Assembly (NCBI GenBank): GCA_050014195.1
Contig: JBEKDT010000013.1
Span: 32,001-96,000, forward strand
Direction: 5' to 3'
DNA length: 64,000 bases
DNA from: Desulfomonilia bacterium
GTDB lineage: Bacteria > Desulfobacterota > Desulfomonilia > UBA1062
Numbering within the stretch: position 1 is the stretch's first letter; each line of letters starts with the position of its first letter. Position numbers and translations under genes: made by a program. The notes under the pieces were generated by a model. The model worked only from the letters and a program-made list of their open reading frames with translations, had not been told where the DNA came from and did not search any database. Positions 8,860 to 17,887 of the stretch are shown in pieces.

Positions 8860-9738
8860 ATGAAAAAAAACATTCTCCTATTTCTCGCAATCCTGATGCT
8901 GCCGGTTACCGCAGGTGCCATGACGCCTATCAGCGATCACGAGCTTTCGAATGTGACAGGCCAGGCCGGGGTGAGTATCAGCATGGATGTTATGATGAAC
9001 AGCACCTTTGGTTCATTCAAGTTTTCAGACACCGACAACGATCCTGTAAACTGGATCGAGTTCAACAACATAACAATCACAAGCCGATGGGAAACACTTC
9101 AGGGCAGCCCCCCAATTACCTTAGATATAGCTACCGGGAACAACATAGATAATACCGAGAGGACATGGGTTAACCTGGTTTTATCTCAGTATTCGCAGCC
9201 TGAAACATGGGATATCGGTAATTTCGTTTTCGTCAACCAGGACATCGGCAATCTCCAACTTGAAAATATGATGATGGCAGAGCCTGCTGTTTTGCGTTTC
9301 TCCGCGCATCCCGGCGTTGGAACATCAGGACTGGAATTTGAGTATTTGAGCAGTTGGATGGCCCAGGATATTTCCTATAATTATAATACATCTGGGGGCA
9401 ATCTCCAACTATCCGGCATACATTTTGCGGCATCAGCGAGCAGCCCCACCGATGACCCGAGCAATCCTTCTACCTGGCAGTTCACCGGATCGTTCCGCGT
9501 GGGAGATCTAATGGGAGGTAACATCCCTGTTGACAGCACCAACGCCTCTGTTCCTAACCCTGCAACCTTTGATGTAGGCACCACTTCAGACGGGTATACA
9601 TCCGTGTATCTTAATCTTCCGCTCAAGGGTACGATCAGGGTTGCGGATGTACAGTTCGGAGGTCAAGATCTCGGTCCTATCGCCATTGACGGTATTGTTG
9701 CGCACCATCTTTTTGTAAAGATCGGTGGAGCTAACTGA
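8860..9738 (+). CDS. DUF6160/FilA-like secreted protein, second paralogue
   Basis: Signal peptide VTAGA, then MTPISDHELSNVTGQAGVSI, nearly identical to the previous gene's N-terminus. Confidence 0.78.
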   Translation: MKKNILLFLAILMLPVTAGAMTPISDHELSNVTGQAGVSISMDVMMNSTFGSFKFSDTDNDPVNWIEFNNITITSRWETLQGSPPITLDIATGNNIDNTERTWVNLVLSQYSQPETWDIGNFVFVNQDIGNLQLENMMMAEPAVLRFSAHPGVGTSGLEFEYLSSWMAQDISYNYNTSGGNLQLSGIHFAASASSPTDDPSNPSTWQFTGSFRVGDLMGGNIPVDSTNASVPNPATFDVGTTSDGYTSVYLNLPLKGTIRVADVQFGGQDLGPIAIDGIVAHHLFVKIGGAN

Positions 9739-9758
9739 CCATTCATTAGTCAGACCTG

Positions 9759-10523
9759 ATGCCTATTGTTATCGGCTTTTTTATCATATTGACTTTCCTT
9801 GGAACCATGTATCCCCTCAGAGACATTCCCAAGGGAGACATGCAGATTTTTCCCCATATGGCCGGGATAGAGAACCTCCCGCTTAGATATAATGTACAAC
9901 CATTTACTGAAGAATTCAATTTCAAGAATGTTGTGAAACAGCAATATGATTATAGCTGTGGCTCCGCTGCCCTTGCCACGCTTCTCAACTATTACCTTGG
10001 GGAGCAATTCAGCGAGCAGCAGGTAATTCAGGGCCTCATGCACTATGGCGATGCCGAGAAAATCCAGGAGCGAAGGGCGTTCTCACTGCTCGATATGAAA
10101 CGTTTTTGTGAGGTGCTCGGGTATAAAGCTGAAGGGTATAAAGCGGATCTCGATGATCTCAAGGCCTTACATAAGTCTGCAATTGTCCCCATAGAATTAA
10201 CAGGATACAAACATTTCGTCGTATTCCGCGGCTTCTATAAAGACCACATTTTTTTTGCAGATCCATACAGAGGCAATTCAAGCTTTACTATTGATAAATT
10301 TCTTGAGATATGGAGCCAGAATGTCATCTTCGTTGTATCGAGTGAGACCGTGCAGACGAATGCCCTTCGGTTGAAGAACGAAGACTTGCGAATCATCGAC
10401 TATGACTTCACAAAAGATGCAATAGCACAAATACCCATTCCCCAAACCATCACGGAGCAGCAGCGATTGATCGAATCTCTGGGCGGGAAAGTATTTAAGA
10501 CCCAAAATGGGAATGTATATTGA
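9759..10523 (+). CDS. Stand-alone C39 family cysteine peptidase (FapD/FilB-like)
   Basis: QQYDYSCGSAALATLL (catalytic Cys), YKHFVV (His), FADP (Asp), FSLLDMKR; N-terminal hydrophobic segment; no ABC domain. Confidence 0.9.
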   Translation: MPIVIGFFIILTFLGTMYPLRDIPKGDMQIFPHMAGIENLPLRYNVQPFTEEFNFKNVVKQQYDYSCGSAALATLLNYYLGEQFSEQQVIQGLMHYGDAEKIQERRAFSLLDMKRFCEVLGYKAEGYKADLDDLKALHKSAIVPIELTGYKHFVVFRGFYKDHIFFADPYRGNSSFTIDKFLEIWSQNVIFVVSSETVQTNALRLKNEDLRIIDYDFTKDAIAQIPIPQTITEQQRLIESLGGKVFKTQNGNVY

Positions 10524-10611
10524 CGACACTTGATATTGTAAGATTAACGCTTTGTATTCGCAATTAAATAATGTATTAAATAAAATATTCATACTATGCG
10601 AGGGTCTATCA

Positions 10612-11679
10612 GTGAGACAAGCTTTGTTAGTAGGACTGATGGTCATGTTCATAATGGGTTCAAGCAGGGTTTTATATGCAGATGATCAGCCAAAGAATGA
10701 TAACTCCCAACAGGAGCTGCTTGATCGGATAGATACGCTGGAAAAGGAGCTGCAAAAGCTCGAGGAGGAAGGCAAGGCAAGAAAGAGCCTGGAAGTCACC
10801 GAAGAGGAAAAGGGTGAGAAAGAAAAAGAGGTGCTGGAGGCAGTAAGCAGGGAATATACCCTTTCGGCCAAAGGCACCTTGTCAATAGATTATGGTCTCA
10901 ATTATTCCTATTCCCCGAGTGAAACTATTTATACTACGGCACAGGCGCTCCAGTTGCAACGTGCTGTAAATCATACTATTACAAATTCCATTTACACCTC
11001 ATACAGTTTTCTGGACAACCTCACGACAAGCCTTAGCCTGCCCATTGTTTACCGTTATGACAAGGTGGGGACAGACCAAAGCCTTAGTGAAACAGATATC
11101 GGAGATATATCATTTGGGTTTGCCTTCCAACTCCCCCATCAGCTTAAAATACCTGGAGGTATTACTAGCACCTACAGCTTTGGCGCCGCATTTCCCACAG
11201 GCCGGAGCCCATACAAAATCAACCCGAATACCGAGCTCTCTACAGGTAGCGGAGAGTACTCGTATTCATTAGGGGGCAGCTTCAGCAAACAGATTGATCC
11301 TGTAGTTGTATTCTGGAGCCTTGGAATAGGATACCCATTAGGTCTCAAGAATCTCAATTACAAGATATCGGACACGTACACATTGGTTAAAGTAGACCCC
11401 CCACTTTCCTATAGTCTCAGCATGGGTATGGGGTATGCTCTATCATATGCCAACTCCATCAATATGTCATTCTCTTACGCATATGCACAATCAACAAAAC
11501 TGACCTATAAGGAATTAACATCACCTGTTAAAACGGGAGACAGTGTTTCTGCTTCATTTGGAGTGGGTATGGGCTTTATGGTTACACCCAAGACGACTGT
11601 ATCGGTCTCGCTTGCATACAGTCTGGTAAGTGCAGGGTTCTCGTTGTCCACCAGAATACCTTTTGATTTTGTGTTGTGA
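10612..11679 (+). CDS. FapF/FilC-like outer-membrane beta-barrel secretion channel
   Basis: Probable GTG start at 10612 (ORF track 10552). Signal peptide, acidic coiled coil (ELLDRIDTLEKELQKLEEE), barrel with GDISFG, FPTGRSPY, TGSG and KQIDPVV motifs. Confidence 0.78.
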   Translation: MRQALLVGLMVMFIMGSSRVLYADDQPKNDNSQQELLDRIDTLEKELQKLEEEGKARKSLEVTEEEKGEKEKEVLEAVSREYTLSAKGTLSIDYGLNYSYSPSETIYTTAQALQLQRAVNHTITNSIYTSYSFLDNLTTSLSLPIVYRYDKVGTDQSLSETDIGDISFGFAFQLPHQLKIPGGITSTYSFGAAFPTGRSPYKINPNTELSTGSGEYSYSLGGSFSKQIDPVVVFWSLGIGYPLGLKNLNYKISDTYTLVKVDPPLSYSLSMGMGYALSYANSINMSFSYAYAQSTKLTYKELTSPVKTGDSVSASFGVGMGFMVTPKTTVSVSLAYSLVSAGFSLSTRIPFDFVL

Positions 11680-11692
11680 GGAGGTTAGTCAG

Positions 11693-13390
11693 ATGAAGAG
11701 ATTCCGCTTTACCTTCCTTTTCATCCTGATTTTAATGACATATTTACCTTCCACACTGTTTGCAGCCCTGTACGAACAGCTTGCCATCTCGGCCCTTGGC
11801 GGCTCCATGGGCAATGCTGTGACCGCATATCCGGAAGAAGCCGGTGCTTTGTCTATACATTACAACCCGGCAGGACTTGCGGATATCCCGGGTACGCGTT
11901 TTGATAACGGTCTTGGGATAGTCGAAACTTATCGACAGGTTACCTTTCATCAGGCCATCGACCCCATTACAGGCAAGCCCTGGGCACCGTTCGGTCAGAA
12001 TAACATTCCTGGGTTCAATAATGGGGTAGATCCGCTTAACGGTGTGAAAGCCAAGCAGTCAAGCGGATTTATGATTGTACCTTATATTGATTTTGATTTG
12101 CCATATCTTATAACACCCTCTATGGGCATCTCATATAAGCCGCCTGAGCCGCAATACTCCCGATGGACCTTTGGGTTTGGTCAGTTTGCTCCCTTTGGGG
12201 CAGGGCTCAAGAACTCAGCAAACAGTCCGTTGAGCTTCTTGGGCCAGGAGGCCTGGTTTGTGAGGATGAGCTTCATAACACCTGCTGTTGCCTATAAGCT
12301 TTCTGATACTGTCTCAATAGGGGCATCGGTGGGGGTTGGTCCGTCAATGTTCATGCTCGAGACAAATTTAAGGACCCCCAACACCATGGTCGCACTGACC
12401 GGTGCCCTTGGAAATGCGACGAAAGGTCTCGAGATCCCGGTGGTATCCGAGCTCACATTACCACCGCCCTGGTTCAACGGCGGAATGACACCATATACAC
12501 CCCAGGGTCATCTCATGCTGCAAGTGGAAGACTATATCACCACCTCTTACAACTTAGGTATTCTCTGGAAACCCTACGATTGGTTCTCCTTTGGGGCATG
12601 TTACCAGAGCGAGTCCGAAGCCAATATGACAGGAACTTTCAAGTTATCATACGGTTACCAATTCCGCAGGACGGTTGACTGGTTTGGCAGATCACCTCTG
12701 ACGATTGTTACAGCAGCCATTTTTGACTTGCCGACCCAGTCGGTACCTTACCAGGCAGGTAACGCCTCCATGGACCTGACTTGGCCGGCCCGCCTCCAGA
12801 TGGGCATAATGCTCAATCCCATTAAACAGGTGAAATTTACTTGTGATGCAAACTGGACAGACTGGGCCGTGCAGCCGGATTGGAAGTTCGTTTTTGATCA
12901 AAAGATCCAACTCTACCGTTTCGCTCGGATGCTTGGGTATCGGTATTCAACTGATACCCAGGTAATAACGCAAGACTTTAAGGACACCTGGAACTTGAGT
13001 TATGGCTGTGAGCTCAAGCCCGATGCAAAGCACACACTGCGTTTCGGGTATGACGCACGGCCGACGTCAGTCAGGAACAATCTCTTCGGGCCTTTGCCCT
13101 TCTCGGATATCACGATCTACTCTGCAGGCCTCGGGATCGTGGTAGATGACAAGCCCAAGCCCAAACCGCGGAACTTCAATGAACGCTTGCAACAGCTCAA
13201 TAATCCAAATGAAATAAACATTACGGTGAGTTACATAAAACTTGCTGATAAGACCGTCTTGAGCAACACCAGTAAAAACCTCAACTCCACGACTTTCACC
13301 GACATTGTTTATAATCCCTATTCAGGGCTCGATTGGACTCAGAAGATGCACCTATGGTGGTTTTCAATAGATCAGGTTTTCAAGTGGTAG
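11693..13390 (+). CDS. FadL-family (FilD/AupA-like) outer-membrane transporter
   Basis: GAGGAGG RBS, start 11693. SMGNAVTA..SIHYNPAGL hatch motif, PAVAYKLSDTVSIGASVG, C-terminal FKW. Confidence 0.85.
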   Translation: MKRFRFTFLFILILMTYLPSTLFAALYEQLAISALGGSMGNAVTAYPEEAGALSIHYNPAGLADIPGTRFDNGLGIVETYRQVTFHQAIDPITGKPWAPFGQNNIPGFNNGVDPLNGVKAKQSSGFMIVPYIDFDLPYLITPSMGISYKPPEPQYSRWTFGFGQFAPFGAGLKNSANSPLSFLGQEAWFVRMSFITPAVAYKLSDTVSIGASVGVGPSMFMLETNLRTPNTMVALTGALGNATKGLEIPVVSELTLPPPWFNGGMTPYTPQGHLMLQVEDYITTSYNLGILWKPYDWFSFGACYQSESEANMTGTFKLSYGYQFRRTVDWFGRSPLTIVTAAIFDLPTQSVPYQAGNASMDLTWPARLQMGIMLNPIKQVKFTCDANWTDWAVQPDWKFVFDQKIQLYRFARMLGYRYSTDTQVITQDFKDTWNLSYGCELKPDAKHTLRFGYDARPTSVRNNLFGPLPFSDITIYSAGLGIVVDDKPKPKPRNFNERLQQLNNPNEINITVSYIKLADKTVLSNTSKNLNSTTFTDIVYNPYSGLDWTQKMHLWWFSIDQVFKW

Positions 13391-13458
13391 ATTGAATTTA
13401 GATATAAGGTTCATCACCGTAAAGCATACTCGGATCATTGAGGAGCACACAGAGGGAT

Positions 13459-13668
13459 TTCTCACCACGAAGGACACGAAGCATCAATTTGATGAACTCT
13501 CGACCCGGGTCATTGGCTGTGCCATCGAGGTACATCATATTCTAAATGAAGTTGGCAGGTGTTAAGACCGGCCTGCTGATCAACTTCAATGTGAAAGTGC
13601 TTCGGACGGGTGTTAAGCGTTTTGTCCTATGATCTTCTTCGTGCTCTTCGTGTCCTTCGTGGTGAGAA
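13459..13668 (+). pseudogene. Internally deleted GxxExxY-family gene bounded by perfect 23-bp inverted repeats
   Basis: N-terminal fragment FDELSTRVIGCAIEVHHIL (from 13488) joined out of frame to C-terminal fragment MKLAGVKTGLLINFNVKVLRTGVKRFVL* (13546-13632). Ends are TTCTCACCACGAAGGACACGAAG and its exact reverse complement at 13646-13668. Confidence 0.8.
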
Positions 13669-13795
13669 CAATAGGTTGGGAAAGGATGCAAACCATATTT
13701 CATGAGCTTGCTTCACAATAGCAAAACCTGTATAGGATAAATTGATCGTTATATCTGGTCATACTGAACTATCTGAGAAAAGGAGAAGGTCCAGC

Positions 13796-15304
13796 ATGAA
13801 AATTTCAATACACTATCTGGTTATAATCTGTGTATTTCTCTTTATGGTAAACGGGCCGGGCTTTGCGGCCGATAACACGATAATCAAAGAAGATGTATAT
13901 GTTGTTATAAAACCGATTCCGGGGTTTGGAATATATGCCAATTCAATGGTCCCTAGTCCCGATTCCAATCATTTGGCATGCGTTGCAAAGAAAGGGGATA
14001 AATATTGCACTATCTACGATGGAAAACCACTTACACTTTATGATTCGATTGCGAAAGGTACACCTACCTTCAGTCTTGATTCTGAACACATGTTATATAA
14101 AGCAAAAAAAAGGAATAAATGGGTAGTTAATCTAGATTCTAAAGAAGGAAAAACATACGCTGAGATCGGGATACCGTTTTTTACCCCCGATTGTAAACGG
14201 GTATATTATGTGGTTGAGGATTTGGGAAAACAATTTGTAGTCTTGGATGGGAAAGAGGGTGCCAAATATGATGGCATACCTCAAGAAAGGAACCTCACAT
14301 TCAGTCCGGATTCCAAACACATTGCTTATGCAGCATTTAAAAATAAGAAAATGATCGTTGTGTCGGACGGGAAGGAAGGGACGAGTTATGACCAGGTGTC
14401 TTCACCCCGCTTTAGTCCTGATTCAAAGGTATTAGTCTATCCTGCAGAGAAGAGTAAGAAGTGGCTTTTTGTAAAGAATGGAGTGGAGGATGGGAAGCAG
14501 TATGATACGATCGGCACATACACTTTTAGCCTTGATTCATCACATTTTGCATACTCTGCTAAAAAAGGTGACAAAAAATTCATGGTGCTTGACGGGAAAG
14601 AAGGGATTCCGTTCGATGATGTTGCAATGCCCATATTCAGTCCCGACTCTAAACAGCTGGCCTATCTCGGGATAGAAAATAAAAAATGGTTCATGGTATT
14701 CAACAATGAAAAAGGAAAGCCATATGATGAAATAAAAGACCTTAGCTTCAGCAGGGACTCGCTGCACCACAGCCTGACAGTAAGAAAAGGAAACAAGTGG
14801 TCCATTATTTCTGATGGCAAAGTAGGACCGAATTATGATGATATCGCTTTGCCGCTATATACCACTGATTCCAAACATCTGATTTATCTCACGAGTAACA
14901 ATAAAAAGGGGAGGATTGTTTTTGATGGGAAAGAAAGTCAACCGTATGATGTAGTATCACTCGTCGTATTCAGCAAAGACTCTCAACATATGATGTACAT
15001 GGCTAAAAAAGATGAGAAATGGTTTATCGTAAAGGATGGAAAAGAATCGGCCCACTATGATGGGGTTGCACTCCCTACATTCAGTCCTGATTCAAAGCAC
15101 TATGCATTTATCTGTTTGAAAAAAGGTGTATGGTCTATAGTATGTGACGGAGTGGAGGGGAAAGCGGAATTTGCCGGCTTCCTTAAAGACTCAAGTATCG
15201 AATTTGATTCGCCAACGCATATTCATATTCTTGCAATGCAGGTGGCGTCAGGAGGCACAACCCCTGAACTTAAATTTGTCAAGCTTACAGTAGATATAAA
15301 ATAG
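13796..15304 (+). CDS. Secreted WD40/PD40-like (TolB-type) beta-propeller repeat protein
   Basis: Start 13796 (ORF track 13742), signal peptide, about 11-12 repeats of DGKEGxxYDxIxxPxFSPDSKHxAY. Confidence 0.82.
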   Translation: MKISIHYLVIICVFLFMVNGPGFAADNTIIKEDVYVVIKPIPGFGIYANSMVPSPDSNHLACVAKKGDKYCTIYDGKPLTLYDSIAKGTPTFSLDSEHMLYKAKKRNKWVVNLDSKEGKTYAEIGIPFFTPDCKRVYYVVEDLGKQFVVLDGKEGAKYDGIPQERNLTFSPDSKHIAYAAFKNKKMIVVSDGKEGTSYDQVSSPRFSPDSKVLVYPAEKSKKWLFVKNGVEDGKQYDTIGTYTFSLDSSHFAYSAKKGDKKFMVLDGKEGIPFDDVAMPIFSPDSKQLAYLGIENKKWFMVFNNEKGKPYDEIKDLSFSRDSLHHSLTVRKGNKWSIISDGKVGPNYDDIALPLYTTDSKHLIYLTSNNKKGRIVFDGKESQPYDVVSLVVFSKDSQHMMYMAKKDEKWFIVKDGKESAHYDGVALPTFSPDSKHYAFICLKKGVWSIVCDGVEGKAEFAGFLKDSSIEFDSPTHIHILAMQVASGGTTPELKFVKLTVDIK

Positions 15305-15343
15305 AAACAGCTCCGATCTGGTCGCATAATTTTACATTACTCT

Positions 15344-15467
15344 AGAGGCAATTGCAAAACTTAAAAAAGGTGTCACCCCCGCGAAAGCGGGGGTCCAGAA
15401 GTTTTTGAAAAGACTGGATTCGAAGCTTCCGCGGGAATGACGATCTTGGTCTTTTGCAATCGGCTCT
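15344..15467. mobile_element. MITE/REP-like palindromic element, copy 2 (inverted relative to copy 1)
   Basis: Core 15371-15441 is the reverse complement of 6208-6278 apart from the loop and one stem base. Outer inverted repeat AGAGGCAATTGCAAAA / TTTTGCAATCGGCTCT. Confidence 0.72.
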
Positions 15468-15531
15468 TTATATTATTCAATATTATATAAAACGGAGCAA
15501 TACTATATTTTATTATATACCAACTATAAAG

Positions 15532-17835
15532 ATGCGCAGTTATCGTTTTAGTACCCTATTATTTCTTATTTTTCTTGCTATTGTAGTTCTTGCTACAATT
15601 GCTCTTAGATATGCAGAACCTATAAATGATGGAGATATCTGGTTTCACCTCGCATATGGCAGATATTTTATTGAACATCATACCTTGACGGTAGATCATT
15701 CCATTTTCAGCTGGACCCCTGCTAAAAGCCATTGGATATATTGTGCATGGATACCCCAGACCATTTTTTATCTGCTCTATGAAACATGCGGATTCTCTAG
15801 TCTATATGCATTGCGGTATCTGGTCATTATCACGTTTCTATTTTTTGTATTTTTAATAGCAGGAAAGAATCGGGCTAAATTTTTACCATACATCTTGCTC
15901 ATATGCCTTATAGGCTTACTGATGGCTCCTGCAGGTCTGCGCATCAAGGCTGATCTCTTTTCATTTTTATTCATGACCACCCTTGTATTCCTGTGGTTCA
16001 GATTCAAGATCAACCCTGATAAAAGCTGGCCTGTTCTTTATTTGTTGCCAGTGCTGTTCTTGTTCTGGGTGAATTCCCATCCTGGTTTCATCTTCGGGGC
16101 AATATTTCTCAGTCTTGTCTTTACAGGAGAGATTATTAATCGACTTGCCGGATCATCAGAAAAAATCCATCAGAAGATCTTGATCCATTTATTCATCGCC
16201 TGTGTTTTAAGCATGGTTTCAGTCTTTATAACCCCTTATGGATGGGAATATCCGATTTCTCTGGTAAATGAGCTTATTTTCAATTCAAAAGCTTTTTCCA
16301 GGGATATCCGGTCAATCGCTGAATATCAGTCTATCTTTTTACCCCAAGCATCTCATTTTCACTTCATCGATTACCTCACGGCTTCATCGGTCGTGCTTGC
16401 AATGCTTTTACTTGCCCAACTGAAAAGACATCGCATCGATTGGGGGGTTTTGCTTGTAACCGCCTTCTTCATGATCCTTTATATGAAATACATGAGATTA
16501 ACCTATTACTGGGCAATTATCTTTGTATTTTTAGCAAGTTACTTAGCAAGACAGGTTTACCAGAATGATCCAGGACCTTTAATAAAAAAACCGCTGAAAA
16601 TTGCAATCCATGGCATTACCTTTATTCTTTTGCTATTTTTTGCCGTGCGAGCGCAATATGAAACTTTCTGCGCCCCAACTATTGGATTTAACCCTAATTA
16701 TATAAGCCCAGAATCAGAAGCAGGCTATATACGCCAGAACTTCCCACATATGCTCATGGGGAATGATTACTATTGTGGCTCTTATCTTCTTTGGTCACTA
16801 TGGCCCACAAAAAAAGTATTCATTGATGCACGATATTTTCCCTATAGTGAATGGTATGATGAAGCACATAAATTCGAAGGTAGTAAAGATAAAGCCACAA
16901 TAGAATCTCTATTAAAAAAGTATAAATGCGATCTATGGTGCCTCTCCTATTATACGCCGGTACTCCAATATTTCATTACATCGCCGGATTGGAGGCTTGT
17001 TTACTATGGGCCTTCAGCCTGCATTTTCCTGTCAAATAGAGTAGATATATCTCAACAAACCCGTTCCGTTGCTGAATCTATATCTAAAGTCGGCATATAT
17101 CAGGCCTATCTTATCACCATGTTTGCATTACGAGTAGGTGATCTTGAAGTTGCGAATAATATCGTGAAGGCAATGAAGCCAAATCCGATTTGTCCCTTGC
17201 AGGCTAGTTGGGCAATTAATGCCAAGCTCAATGTCGGCGATAACCTTCTCAACCAAGGGAAATATTATGATGCTATCGGAGTTTACTCTGATGCTATCAT
17301 GCAAGTTCAGCAGCATCCTTTACTCAGTCATCTTTGGGGCCATGACTTTTATACTGATCTTGTCATGATTCACCAGAATCTTGGCAATTCACTTATGAAG
17401 GTAAATCAAATTGGTGAGGCAATCAAGCAGTACAATCAGGCCTTGAAAATAAAACCCGACCTTGCCACTGCCCAAAGTAATCTTGCTCTTGCAATGGCTC
17501 AGATGACAAAGATTGATGAATCCATATCAAAGCTCGAATACATCTTAAAAAACAATCCCTATCCTCTGAAGATACTTAACTCTTTGGCTGTATATTATTC
17601 AATGAAGGGACAATACGATAGAAGTATAGATTATTTAATGAAAGAGCTAAACATAACCCCCGAGAACCCTGGGGTCTATTATAATTTAGCATGTATATAC
17701 TCCAGACAGAATAGATTGGAGGAGTCAAAAATATTTCTGGATAAGGCTATCAAGAAAGGTTTCAATGATTGGGATATGCTGAAAAAAGATCATGATCTGG
17801 ACAACTTGAGGAATACAACAAACTATAAAAACTAA
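15532..17835 (+). CDS. Multi-TM GT-C-like membrane protein with C-terminal TPRs
   Basis: Likely start 15532 (ORF track 15454). DGDIWFHLAYGRY first loop, many TM helices, WVNSHPGF, VFIDARYFPY, TPRs and YYNLAC..KKGF..DLDNLR cap. Paralogue of 44910..47090. Confidence 0.72.
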   Translation: MRSYRFSTLLFLIFLAIVVLATIALRYAEPINDGDIWFHLAYGRYFIEHHTLTVDHSIFSWTPAKSHWIYCAWIPQTIFYLLYETCGFSSLYALRYLVIITFLFFVFLIAGKNRAKFLPYILLICLIGLLMAPAGLRIKADLFSFLFMTTLVFLWFRFKINPDKSWPVLYLLPVLFLFWVNSHPGFIFGAIFLSLVFTGEIINRLAGSSEKIHQKILIHLFIACVLSMVSVFITPYGWEYPISLVNELIFNSKAFSRDIRSIAEYQSIFLPQASHFHFIDYLTASSVVLAMLLLAQLKRHRIDWGVLLVTAFFMILYMKYMRLTYYWAIIFVFLASYLARQVYQNDPGPLIKKPLKIAIHGITFILLLFFAVRAQYETFCAPTIGFNPNYISPESEAGYIRQNFPHMLMGNDYYCGSYLLWSLWPTKKVFIDARYFPYSEWYDEAHKFEGSKDKATIESLLKKYKCDLWCLSYYTPVLQYFITSPDWRLVYYGPSACIFLSNRVDISQQTRSVAESISKVGIYQAYLITMFALRVGDLEVANNIVKAMKPNPICPLQASWAINAKLNVGDNLLNQGKYYDAIGVYSDAIMQVQQHPLLSHLWGHDFYTDLVMIHQNLGNSLMKVNQIGEAIKQYNQALKIKPDLATAQSNLALAMAQMTKIDESISKLEYILKNNPYPLKILNSLAVYYSMKGQYDRSIDYLMKELNITPENPGVYYNLACIYSRQNRLEESKIFLDKAIKKGFNDWDMLKKDHDLDNLRNTTNYKN

Positions 17836-17870
17836 ACGACCCTCGCCTTCCAGGAGAGGGTCGTTTAGTT
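17830..17870. terminator. Bidirectional terminator hairpin between convergent genes
   Basis: Perfect 15-bp stem AACTAAACGACCCTC / GAGGGTCGTTTAGTT. Confidence 0.75.
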
Positions 17871-17887
17871 AAAGTGCAGAATAAATT

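Noticed and set aside
6546-9738. Calling the subunits FapB/FapC amyloid or curli
   Set aside because: They lack the Asn/Gln-rich Fap or CsgA repeat motifs; only the peptidase and barrel resemble Fap components.
9759-10523. C39 peptidase as a bacteriocin/RiPP exporter
   Set aside because: No ABC transporter domain, HlyD or small precursor peptide; the leader-bearing proteins are large Sec substrates.
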